Part shown: positions 38,510 through 48,600 of the stretch, in pieces | Position numbering within the stretch: the stretch's first letter is position 1 | Layout: each line of letters begins with the position of its first letter | Virus record (IMG/VR): IMGVR_UViG_2912874417_000004 | Location: 66,194 to 130,193 of that record | DNA length: 64,000 bases | From: a virus | Lineage: Duplodnaviria; Caudoviricetes | Direction: 5' to 3' (one strand) | Position numbers and translations under genes: made by a program | Notes under the pieces: model-generated | What the model was told of the DNA's origin: nothing | Databases searched by the model: none | What the model saw: the letters and a program-made list of their open reading frames with translations, nothing else

Positions 38510-39840
38510 TGAGTAGTAGTAAATTTGTAGGTCAGCTCAAACAAAACAATGAGCAAATTAATAATCTTAAAGATCAATTTTTCAGAACTGAATCTCATAT
38601 GTCTGATCATGAAAAACGCTTGAATGAAAAAGTTGATGAGTTTATGGAAAAGCAGAATTTTGATTTAAAAATGCATATTCAAAACAGTGAGAATCCACAT
38701 CATGTGACTAAAGAACAAGTCGGATTATCAAATGTAATAAATGAAGAGCAAGCTTCAAAAGTAGATTTTGATAGTCACCTTGACGATAAGGAAAATCCTC
38801 ATGCAGTTACAAAAAGCCAGGTTGGTTTGTCTAAAGTTGATAACATTCAGCAAGCAGCAAAAACTGATTTTGACGCTCACGATGCAGACTTGGAAAGACA
38901 TATCACAAAGGATGAGCGCAGTTATTGGAACAGTTCTGATGAAAGGTCAAAGTCTATTTTAGCTGAACATACCAACGATCAATCAAACCCTCACAAGGTT
39001 ACTGCTGAACAGGTTGGACTTGAGAATGTAGACAATGTAAAACAAGCTACTAAAAGTGACTTTGATAATCATCTGAATGACACTAATGTCCATATCGACA
39101 AATCTGATCGGGATAAATGGAACGCTGCTCAACTCTTCAAACTCACCGCCGATGATGGGAAGGTAATCTACAAAGACAGTTCCGAAAAAACCGAATACAA
39201 CGATTTGATTACCACCGGGTTTTATTTAATCGCCAACCAGGGTCTTCACTCCCCTGCTAACTTGTCCAATGTCTATTTAGTTGTCATGAATTATGGTGAT
39301 ACAGTAGCCCAATTTGCTTTAGAAGCATATTACGGAACACATACTTATTTCCGATTTAGGAAAAGCGATTTAACTTGGACTACGTGGCAAACACATGAAA
39401 CGACCGACGGAGCACAGACCCGAGCTACTGCTGCACTCAACTCAGCTAAAACCTATACTGATACCAAGCTTTCCTCAATAACATGGTACACTCCTACTTT
39501 ACAGAATGGATGGGTTAATTACACAGATGTTAACTCAACAGACCAAACAGTGTTTAAAACTCGGTATACAAAGGATGCAACGGGGGCTGTTTTTGTAGAG
39601 GGAGCTATAGCAAAAGGAACGATTGGTTTTGGAGTGGCAGCATTCACTTTGCCTGAAGGATACAGGCCTGGAAGAGCGTTTCAATGGGTTGGTGTAGCTT
39701 CCCAAGCAGGAATGTCAGGAATACCTCAGACTCACAGAACGCTTGTTGATACTGAAGGAAGAGTTATTATAGAAAGTTGTACAAATACCTCCAAACCCAA
39801 TGATTACATTAGTTTCGGCTTTAGTTTTAAGGCCGTGTAG
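38509..39840 (+). CDS. tail fibre protein (YomR/XkdV-like)
   Basis: Three NPHxVTxxQVGLxxV repeats; C-terminal LQNGW...FTLPEGYRP domain. Confidence 0.8.
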   Translation: MSSSKFVGQLKQNNEQINNLKDQFFRTESHMSDHEKRLNEKVDEFMEKQNFDLKMHIQNSENPHHVTKEQVGLSNVINEEQASKVDFDSHLDDKENPHAVTKSQVGLSKVDNIQQAAKTDFDAHDADLERHITKDERSYWNSSDERSKSILAEHTNDQSNPHKVTAEQVGLENVDNVKQATKSDFDNHLNDTNVHIDKSDRDKWNAAQLFKLTADDGKVIYKDSSEKTEYNDLITTGFYLIANQGLHSPANLSNVYLVVMNYGDTVAQFALEAYYGTHTYFRFRKSDLTWTTWQTHETTDGAQTRATAALNSAKTYTDTKLSSITWYTPTLQNGWVNYTDVNSTDQTVFKTRYTKDATGAVFVEGAIAKGTIGFGVAAFTLPEGYRPGRAFQWVGVASQAGMSGIPQTHRTLVDTEGRVIIESCTNTSKPNDYISFGFSFKAV

Positions 39841-39850
39841 GGAGAATATT

Positions 39851-40129
39851 ATGATGCAAGTATACAAATATGACGAAAATTATATTTATGAATCCCCTGT
39901 TGTGCTTGAAGACGATAGTCCAATTCCTGATAATTGCACTATAATAGCTCCATCCGATGGTCTTTATATTCCCAAATTCAATCCTAAAACAAAAAAATGG
40001 ATTGAGTCAGCATCGAAAGAATACATTGACAGCTTAAAACCACTTGACCCCGAGCCATCGGAAGCTGAAAAGGTTAAAAAACAATTAAGTGACTTAACAT
40101 ATCAACTAATGATGGATGGTGTACTTTAA
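39851..40129 (+). CDS. tail fibre assembly protein (YomQ-like)
   Basis: VYKYDENYIY...CTIIAP.DGLYIPKF...W motif; GGGAG RBS before ATG 39851. Confidence 0.7.
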   Translation: MMQVYKYDENYIYESPVVLEDDSPIPDNCTIIAPSDGLYIPKFNPKTKKWIESASKEYIDSLKPLDPEPSEAEKVKKQLSDLTYQLMMDGVL

Positions 40130-40282
40130 ATGAATTGGTATGAACTTATAAAAGATTATTACAACGACGGTAATGGCGTGTGGGATGAATATCGAGTAGC
40201 GCAAGCTGTAGTAAAAGGAAAAATTACACCAGAACAGTACGAAGAAATTGTTGGAAAGAAATATATTGAACCAACTACCTAA
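40130..40282 (+). CDS. XkdX family protein (YomP-like)
   Basis: MNWYELIKDYY...VVKGKITPEQYEEIVGKKY. Confidence 0.8.
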   Translation: MNWYELIKDYYNDGNGVWDEYRVAQAVVKGKITPEQYEEIVGKKYIEPTT

Positions 40283-40300
40283 TTATGATAATTTTAGATC

Positions 40301-41149
40301 ATGAAAAAAATAAAATTGATAACATTAACTATTGCTTTAGTCATACTAGGAGGATGTTCATTTAACGAAGTTGATTCATCAGCTTTAGGCTATGGGAAAG
40401 GAAGCAGTAAAAAATACGAGCCGCTAATGATTGCACACAGAGGCGCCTCGGAAATTGAGCCAGAACACACCCTACTCTCCTATGAACGAGCAATAAAAGA
40501 CAAAGCAGACTACATTGAAATTGATTTACGACAAACCAAAGACGGTCACCTAGTCGCAAACCATGACAAGACTGTTGATCGAACCACAAACGGTAAAGGG
40601 GAAGTTGAAGATCTTACATTAGATCAGATTAAAAAGCTGCGTACTGGAAAAGGACAAAAGATCTTAGCGATTGAAGAAATCATTAAAAAGTTTGGACAAA
40701 CTACAAACTACTACATCGAGACTAGAACAAACAACAAAGGCGAATTAGTAATGGAGAAAAAGTTAATTGACATACTTTCTAAAAATAAACTAATCGCTAA
40801 TAACAAAGTTGTTTTAGAGTCATTTAGTGACAAAAGTCTAAAGAAGTTACATAAGCTAAACAGTGATGTTCCTCTTGTTCAACTTTTGAAAGATGAAGAC
40901 ATTAAGCCGATGAGCAAATCAAAGCTAAACGAAATAAAAAAATATTCTAATGTTGTTGGCCCTAATGCAAAATTTGTTGGTAAAGGTTTTGTTGATTTAG
41001 TCCACAAAAACAATATGAAAGTACATGTGTTTTTTAACGCTGATAAAGAAAGAGCACTCACATCCAAAATGCTTAAGTTGAAAGTGGATGGACTATTTAC
41101 AAATAACCCAGCTTATACAGAGAAAGTTCTAAAAGAAGATTATAAATAA
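40301..41149 (+). CDS. glycerophosphodiester phosphodiesterase lipoprotein (GlpQ-like)
   Basis: Lipobox LGGC; IAHRGAS, PEHT, IEIDL..TKDG..VANHD, VDGLFTN motifs. Confidence 0.9.
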   Translation: MKKIKLITLTIALVILGGCSFNEVDSSALGYGKGSSKKYEPLMIAHRGASEIEPEHTLLSYERAIKDKADYIEIDLRQTKDGHLVANHDKTVDRTTNGKGEVEDLTLDQIKKLRTGKGQKILAIEEIIKKFGQTTNYYIETRTNNKGELVMEKKLIDILSKNKLIANNKVVLESFSDKSLKKLHKLNSDVPLVQLLKDEDIKPMSKSKLNEIKKYSNVVGPNAKFVGKGFVDLVHKNNMKVHVFFNADKERALTSKMLKLKVDGLFTNNPAYTEKVLKEDYK

Positions 41150-41164
41150 AATACAAGTTTTATT

Positions 41165-41198
41165 TAGACACCTCTCCCCTTTTGAGGTGTCTTTTTTA
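41165..41198 (+). terminator. intrinsic terminator
   Basis: AGACACCTC-loop-GAGGTGTCT plus T run. Confidence 0.75.
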
Positions 41199-41231
41199 AT
41201 GAGTTCAGAGGATATATAAGGAGGAAATGAG

Positions 41232-41717
41232 ATGGCATCGAAAAAATTAAATCTTGGGTTGATCGAAGAAAGTGTAAGCAAATATGACAAGAAAGAACGA
41301 GTGCAACTTACCGATGACGTTCATGTTTATATTTACCCTTACTTCTCCCCTACCCGCTTAACCAAAATGCTTACTGAATTAATTACGGATCAAGAAGAGG
41401 CAAAAGAAGCAGGAATTAAGTTTGAAGATATCAATCCTGTTCATTGGGGGAACTTTTCACTAATAAAAGAATTTACAGACTTAGGCATTCCAAACGATAT
41501 CAAAAATAAGGTTAAGTGGTTTGTTAAATTAATAGACTCCGAATATTTCCCAATGATTATTAAAAGCTTTCCTGAAGAAAGTATAGAGAAACTTGAAAAA
41601 GCAGCAAAAATGATGAAGATGAGTTTAGACAAATTTTCCAACATGTCTAAAAAAGAAATAAATGAACTCATCCTTAATAGGGTCGAAGAGATTGAAAATG
41701 AACAAGAGGCTGAATAA
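41232..41717 (+). CDS. YomO-like protein (possible tail assembly chaperone)
   Basis: Synteny; strong RBS. Confidence 0.55.
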   Translation: MASKKLNLGLIEESVSKYDKKERVQLTDDVHVYIYPYFSPTRLTKMLTELITDQEEAKEAGIKFEDINPVHWGNFSLIKEFTDLGIPNDIKNKVKWFVKLIDSEYFPMIIKSFPEESIEKLEKAAKMMKMSLDKFSNMSKKEINELILNRVEEIENEQEAE

Positions 41718-42133
41718 TGGCCAAGAACATAAAGGAAATAGCAGCACTAATTGAATTTGCCGCGAAGCAAGCCGTTCAAAAACAATCCAGCACAAAAAAT
41801 ACGATGATTAAAACAGGTCAAGAGCATGTGCAATCTGATGTATATGACACATACGATCCTCTTGTATATGAACGTACTTCTCTTTTGAAGGACTCCTTCG
41901 TCATTCAAAATGAATCTAACGGAATTTCATTAGACAATACCCGTGAAGACAACGGTAAGGATGTTGCCACGGTTGTTGAGACTGGTCAAGGGTACACGTA
42001 TCCAGATAAATACGGTTATGGTTATGGAAAACCTCGCCCATTTATGAAGAATACCGCTGAATCGTTAAAAGATGGACGATTAGCTACTGCTATGAAAAAA
42101 GATTTAAATACAAGTGGTATTAAAACAGAATAA
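41717..42133 (+). CDS. YomN-like tail completion protein
   Basis: YERT..L...KPRPFMKNT motif (HK97 gp10-like). Confidence 0.6.
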   Translation: MAKNIKEIAALIEFAAKQAVQKQSSTKNTMIKTGQEHVQSDVYDTYDPLVYERTSLLKDSFVIQNESNGISLDNTREDNGKDVATVVETGQGYTYPDKYGYGYGKPRPFMKNTAESLKDGRLATAMKKDLNTSGIKTE

Positions 42134-42146
42134 CGGTGGTGTATTA

Positions 42147-43166
42147 ATGGCCAAGATCAAAAAAGTGCGCTATTTCACCAAAGAAAGAAAAGCACTTATC
42201 TCAAAAGAAAACAGAAAGAAATACGATAAGTATCTCAATAGCAACATAATCAAAAACAGAGATGTAAAAGACACTACCTATAAGGTTTACAGCAATTATA
42301 TGGATCAGTTTTTGGTTTATCTTGCTGAAAAATGGTCTAATATCGATCTGTATTCTGAAGAATTCATGGAAGATGCAGTGGATATTATGGAGGGATACAT
42401 TAGCTTCTGTCAGGACATCCTTTTCAACAACAAAAAAGTAATCAATACTAAGCTTTCGACAGTTTCGAGTTTTTATCTTTGGAGTCTTAAACGTGGATAT
42501 ATCGATAAACACCCCTTTGATAAAAAACTTGACCGTATGAAAGGTGCAAATGAAGAAAAAATCATCAACTCTTATTACCTCGATGATGAACAGATGAACC
42601 TCATAACTGAAACCCTAAAAACTGACCCGAAATTTGATATCCAAGACAAGCTAATATGGTCTATAATGCTGGATTCAGCTAACCGAATCGGGGCTATTTC
42701 CAAGCTTACTATCCAGGCTCTTGATCTAGATAACATGGTTTTTAACGACATACGAGAAAAACGCGGGTACAAGGTTGAAGTGGCATTTAATGATTACAGT
42801 AAAGAGCTTATACTTGAATGGTTAGAAATGAGAAAAGAAATGGATAACCTCGAAGTCGATTCCCTATTCATTACTAAATACGGTGGTGAATATCGTCAAA
42901 TGTCAAAAGGCACTATTCAAGACCGGGTTACCAAGATCGGAGAAATTCTTGGGCTCGATGATTTTCATGCTCACTGTATCCGAAAAACTGCCCTCAATGA
43001 TATCTACGTTAAAACTGGCGACCTCTCTCTTGCTGCTGAAATGGGAAATCACAAATCCGTTGAAACCACCCGTTCGAGCTACATTAAACCTCAAACAAAA
43101 GCTGAAGTCCGCCAGAAGATCATTAAAATGAAACAGAAAATGCAGGAAAACAAAAAGAAAGATTAA
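42147..43166 (+). CDS. yomM: tyrosine recombinase (YomM-like), catalytic residues intact
   Basis: SANRIGA (R), REKRG (K), HCIR (HxxR), GNH (H), SSY (Y). Confidence 0.85.
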   Translation: MAKIKKVRYFTKERKALISKENRKKYDKYLNSNIIKNRDVKDTTYKVYSNYMDQFLVYLAEKWSNIDLYSEEFMEDAVDIMEGYISFCQDILFNNKKVINTKLSTVSSFYLWSLKRGYIDKHPFDKKLDRMKGANEEKIINSYYLDDEQMNLITETLKTDPKFDIQDKLIWSIMLDSANRIGAISKLTIQALDLDNMVFNDIREKRGYKVEVAFNDYSKELILEWLEMRKEMDNLEVDSLFITKYGGEYRQMSKGTIQDRVTKIGEILGLDDFHAHCIRKTALNDIYVKTGDLSLAAEMGNHKSVETTRSSYIKPQTKAEVRQKIIKMKQKMQENKKKD

Positions 43167-43236
43167 TATCTTTAGAATGGGACTCTTCAATCCTCATCAA
43201 AATTCAGTCGAGAAAATGAAGTAGCAAATCGATGAA

Positions 43237-43431
43237 TTGGCCGAAATTGTTGCTGAATTAACTAGGCAGCTTGATACTAAAGCTGATAAGAACCAATTCG
43301 GATCTAAACAGATTGATGAATCCAAGATCAGTGACGGTAAAGTTCTTGTTTACAACGCAAGCACCGGTAAACTTGAATACGGGAAGATTAAGAAAAGCTT
43401 GTTGGGTGACATATCAATTGATTTGCTTTAG
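43237..43431 (+). CDS. small hypothetical protein
   Basis: 64 aa; DGKVLVYNASTGKLEY motif seen in virion proteins; start uncertain. Confidence 0.5.
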   Translation: MAEIVAELTRQLDTKADKNQFGSKQIDESKISDGKVLVYNASTGKLEYGKIKKSLLGDISIDLL

Positions 43432-43786
43432 CATCACTCTTTATGAAATCCCTCTTTTATGCAGAATCAAGATCCTTCAACCGAGGGATTTTGCTTACGT
43501 GTAAAAACAGCTATATTAACATTAATGATAAATTAAATGGGAGACCTCCTCAATGAGAAGAACAGATGAAGTCATTGAATTTATTGAGAATTTTTTGAAT
43601 TAGAAGAAAGGTAAAAAGTCATTTCCTAAGACCATTTAGCAGGTTTACTTTTTTATGATGAAAAAACGGGTCTATTTTTGAATATTCCGAAGGTAATGCA
43701 ATCAAGCTTGATATGAATGCTAAATAGGCTATTATAGTAACTAATGTGTTATTATGGAATCACATTAGTTACAGGAGTGATTAAAA

Positions 43787-44323
43787 TTGCCCTCAGTTTT
43801 AGAAAATAAAATAAAGAACTTTACAAATGCTGTTGAAAAATCAATTGAAGATGAAAATTGGTACTCTGCCTTGGCTTTAGCTTTAGCACTACCTGACATC
43901 TGTGGAAACCTCCAAGACCCTAAAAGGTCATCCTCAGATAAATATATAGGGTTTTTTAATGATTTTATAAAACAAAAATACACTCGTTTAATTGGGGATC
44001 CTAAAGAACCTCAAGAATTTTTAAATGGAAGAGATATGTATGCTTTAAGATGCTCTTTCCTACATGCCGGCGAAGTGGAAATATCAAAACAAAGGATAAA
44101 AAATGTATTAGACGGTTATATTTTCTTAAAGCCAAATAATATAATTTATGCGCATATGAACAAAGTTAATGATACACTTCAATTACAAATAGATGTTTTT
44201 TGCAAGCATATTATACAAGCTGTTAATGAATGGCTTATATCTTACAAAAATATAAAAGAAATAGAGGAACGTGCAGAGTTAATGATTGATATTGTGGGAT
44301 CGACTGACAATATAAGCTTTTAA
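43787..44323 (+). CDS. HEPN-like protein (moron)
   Basis: WYSALALALALPDICG N-terminal helix; YALRCSFLHAG (Rx4H). Confidence 0.65.
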   Translation: MPSVLENKIKNFTNAVEKSIEDENWYSALALALALPDICGNLQDPKRSSSDKYIGFFNDFIKQKYTRLIGDPKEPQEFLNGRDMYALRCSFLHAGEVEISKQRIKNVLDGYIFLKPNNIIYAHMNKVNDTLQLQIDVFCKHIIQAVNEWLISYKNIKEIEERAELMIDIVGSTDNISF

Positions 44324-44389
44324 AAAAGAATAATAAGAGAAATCAGATCACCTTAACATATTAACACCTTTTGACGATAGTATGGAGAG

Positions 44390-44827
44390 GTGATTTTTAT
44401 GTTCAATAAGAACTATATCAAACGGCAATTTGTTGAACTTCGTGTTAATGAGCTTATAAAATTTATAAAAAAAGAATTCCCATATGAAGGTCAAGATTAC
44501 GTGTCACATAACAATAAAATCCAAGTATTGAAATCTCTCAGCCACTCTGACTTATCAGCAATTATTGCACGCATGTCAAGAATTGAAATTGTTCACGATA
44601 TAACAAAAACAGTTTCATTGATTACTGCGGTTCTTTCTGCAATAACACTTGTAATGAAATTTGTATTTGGTGAAGGAATGTCTTACACTGTGTTATTTGC
44701 GCTTTATGTCTCGTGTATAGCTATAGCAGGATTGCTAGATAGAAGGAAACATATTGCGGCTACTTATTTTAAAGACTTGGTAATACGTATCAAAGAAGAT
44801 AAAGTTAGAGACGAACAAAAAGATTGA
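44390..44827 (+). CDS. YomK-like membrane protein
   Basis: Two C-terminal TM segments; synteny. Confidence 0.6.
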   Translation: MIFMFNKNYIKRQFVELRVNELIKFIKKEFPYEGQDYVSHNNKIQVLKSLSHSDLSAIIARMSRIEIVHDITKTVSLITAVLSAITLVMKFVFGEGMSYTVLFALYVSCIAIAGLLDRRKHIAATYFKDLVIRIKEDKVRDEQKD

Positions 44828-44912
44828 CGCTGTTTCCCTCTTTCTGATGATACAGTTCTAAGCTTCTGGAAACCATGATATAATGTAGGAAAATAATACT
44901 GGTGGTGGTTGG

Positions 44913-45539
44913 ATGATCTGGGCTATCATTCTAATTTTAGTGATTGGCGCTTTCATTATTATCGGGGTTTGCGCTTCAGATAAGCAAAAAGAAATGGATA
45001 AAAAAAGGGCAACCGAGATTGAGATCATCGGGAACTTCCCTTCTAATTACAAGTCGATTATTAATCCCGATAAAAATGCAAAGCTTACATTAGTTGAACC
45101 GGATGATAAGTTTATGATCCACAAATTCAATCAATATGGAACACTGGAAGAAAAAATTATTCCCTTTGAAAAAATCATTGAAGCCGAGGTTTCAATTGAT
45201 GATTGTACAGTTACAAAAGTATCCAAAGGAAGTCAAATAACCGGCGCTGTTGTTGGTGGATTAGCAGCAGGAAGCATTGGGGCATTAGTTGGTGGGCTAT
45301 CTTCCAATAAGACAGAAACAAAACACTTCAAAAAAATTGATTTAAAATTAAAACTCGATGATTTCTCCTCCCCTATTTACAGATTTGATTTCCTGCCGAG
45401 TAAAGATGAATTTGGCCTAGAGAATGTTAAAGGGTTTAAACAGGATGATCCAAAAGTTAAAGATGCTTTATCAAATGCTGAAATATGGCAAGGGATTATG
45501 GAGATTGCAATACGGAAAGCAAACAAAGTCGCTCAATAA
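44913..45539 (+). CDS. YomJ-like membrane protein (putative superinfection immunity)
   Basis: N-terminal TM; glycine zipper GAVVGGLAAGSIGALVGG; own TATAAT and terminator. Confidence 0.6.
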   Translation: MIWAIILILVIGAFIIIGVCASDKQKEMDKKRATEIEIIGNFPSNYKSIINPDKNAKLTLVEPDDKFMIHKFNQYGTLEEKIIPFEKIIEAEVSIDDCTVTKVSKGSQITGAVVGGLAAGSIGALVGGLSSNKTETKHFKKIDLKLKLDDFSSPIYRFDFLPSKDEFGLENVKGFKQDDPKVKDALSNAEIWQGIMEIAIRKANKVAQ

Positions 45540-45602
45540 TGAGTGGCTTTTTTATATGCCCTAAAAATCACTCTCCCCTATTCGAAAGGATGTGACCTAT
45601 AT

Positions 45603-48600
45603 TTGAGTCAAGATTTAAAGATCATACTCACACCCAAAGCTGATACTTCTTCAAAAACTGTCGAACAGTTAAATCAGCAAATTAAATCTTTAGAGAAAAA
45701 GCTAAATTCCCTTAATTTAAAGACCAATATTGATGCCTCTGCTTTAAAGACTCTCAACGATTTCTCCTCTGCAGTCGACACTTATCAAAAACATCTCAAA
45801 TCCTTCAATCAAACAGTTAAAGAAACTACAACTATTACCAGAAGTGCTGATGGCACTGTTGAAAAGCTTACACAGCAGTATAAGAAAAATGGCGAAATCA
45901 TTCAGCGTGAAAAGAAATTCATCGACAATCGTAATCAATCACTACGTGAACAAACGCAAGAAGTTAACAGACTTACTCAAGCGACTGAAAAACTTGGTCA
46001 GGTACAGAAGAAAACAGAACAAAAGAATGCTCAAGGACAAACAACGAGGGTTACTCAAAAGAACCGCAATGGCTTTGACGATATTACCTATACTACTGAC
46101 CCAAAAACAAACGCTACGTCGTCGAAAGTTACAACAAACTATGATCAGCAACGAAAAGCAATTGAACAATTAAAACTGGATTTAGAAAAACTTAGGCAAC
46201 AAGGAATTGTAACTGATACCACCCTCTCCTCCCTTGGGCGGAAATTAAATACTGCTCAGACAGCACAGCAAATTGAAGCATTACAAAACAGAATTAAGAT
46301 GCTCGATGATAAGTCTGCTGCTGTGGCGAAAAATAATGAACTCAGAAAAACTATTGAGTTGTATCAACGTCAAGCGCAGGTAAACGTACAAAACCTTAAT
46401 ACACGTTACGGCGATACTATGGGTACCGGCAATAGACAAGCTGCTCAAGATTATTTAAATGCAGTAAATAGTCTTAATGTAAGTGCCGGCGGTAATAATA
46501 TCAGATCTCAAATGCAAAGCTTGAACATGCAATTTAGGGAATTGGCTTCAAATGCTCAAACAGCGTCTAGTCAAGCCTCCTCTTTTGGCACAGAGTTAAC
46601 TCAAGCTTTCAAAAGTATGTCGACATATTTGATCTCCGGTTCTTTGTTCTATGGTGCTATATCTGGGCTCAAGGAAATGGTTTCCCAGGCTGTTGAAATT
46701 GATACTCTAATGACGAATATCAGACGTGTAATGAATGAGCCTGATTATAAGTATAATGAGCTTCTTCAAGAGTCAATCAACTTAGGTGACACGCTTTCAA
46801 ATAAGATCACTGACATCCTGCAAATGACTGGCGATTTTGGGCGTATGGGTTTCGATGAAAGTGAACTGTCTACGCTTACTAAAACCGCTCAGGTTCTACA
46901 AAACGTCTCTGATTTAACTCCTGATGATACAGTTAACACTTTAACTGCCGCAATGTTAAACTTCAATATTGCTGCGAATGATTCTATTTCAATCGCAGAT
47001 AAGCTTAATGAAGTCGATAACAACTATGCTGTAACTACTCTTGACCTAGCGAATTCAATCCGAAAAGCAGGAAGTACCGCTTCGACTTTTGGCGTTGAAT
47101 TAAACGATCTGATTGGTTATACTACAGCAATTGCAAGTACCACCCGTGAATCAGGAAACATTGTTGGTAACTCACTTAAAACCATTTTCGCACGTATTGG
47201 GAATAATAATAGCTCAATTAAAGCCTTAGAACAGATTGGTATTTCTGTGAAAACTGCCAGTGGCGAGGCAAAATCTGCTACTGATTTAATTAATGAGTTA
47301 GCAGACAAATGGAATACCCTCAGTGATGCTCAAAAACAAAATACCTCAATAGGTGTAGCGGGCATTTATCAGCTTTCAAGATTTAATGCCTTGATGAATA
47401 ATTTCTCCATATCACAAAATGCAGCGACCACTGCATCTAATTCCGCAGGAAGCGCTTGGAGTGAACAGCAGAAGTACGCTGACAGTTTACAGGCAAGATT
47501 AAACAGGCTGTCAAATGCATTTACAGAAATGTCGATTGCCTCAAGTGAAGCCTTCATCTCTAATAGCATTGTTGTTTTTGCAGATGCACTTAAAGGATTA
47601 ATGCAAACTAGTGCTCAAATTACTAAAACAGTCGGACTCCTACCTCAAGTTTTTGGTTCTGCGACAACTGCAATCCTGCTTTTCAACACCTCTCTTCGTA
47701 CAGCTACCATCTCAACTGGAATGTCTGCAATATCAACCCTTAAAAATCTTGTCTTAAACTTTAATGCTGTTGGGATTGGCGCAACCACCGCTTCAGCTAA
47801 AACTGCAGTTTGGACTCGAGTGGTTAATGCTTCAAGCGTTGCGATGAGCAACCTAAAGAAAGTAGCAGTCTCTACAAGCGCGTTTTTAGCCGGTAGTTTT
47901 CTTCCTATGGCAGCCATGGTTGGACTTGGCGTCGTTATTGAGAAGTTAATTTCTTCTTACTCTGAGTTGAAACAAGCTAGAGAAGATTTTGAACAAGCGA
48001 AAACTACAAGCATTGAAGCAATTACAACCAATAAAGATGAAACTGATAAACTGATTAGCCAATACAAAGAACTGCAAAAGGCTAAAGATGGCGGGGCTTT
48101 ATCAGCCAATCAGGAGCAAGAATACTTACAAGTAACGCAGCAGTTGGCGCAAACGTTCCCGAATTTGATCGCCGGGTATGATTCTCAAGGGCAAGCAATC
48201 ATAAAGAAAAACCAAGCACTAAAGGATGCTATAAAGTACACTGAAGACCTTAGTAATTTAAACAAAAAAGACATTCAAACAGGTGCCAATAGTAACTTTA
48301 AGGAAAGCTTAAAAGACATTGATAAACTCAATGATAAGATTAAACAGTATAAGCAGGTTGCCGATTATTATAAAAACGGCAAGAGTTGGGATATTTTCTC
48401 TTCTGAAAATGACAAAAAAAATCAAGGTATTAAAGCTGAACAAGATGCACTACGTACTGAACAAGAGCTATCCAGCTCACAGGCTAAAATTAGAGAGCAA
48501 GTGCAACAGACAATTGATGCCTTTAACTCAATAAAGATAAATCCGAATCTTTCAAGGGAAATATCTAACGCTTTCGATAAAATCGATTTCAGCAAAATGA

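Noticed and set aside
41141-41168. Host chromosomal dif site
   Set aside because: Same 11-6-11 geometry, but the arm sequences do not resemble B. subtilis dif and there are many copies
36802-41717. Programmed frameshift in tail tube or chaperone genes
   Set aside because: Downstream ORFs have their own RBSs and no convincing slippery site was identified by eye
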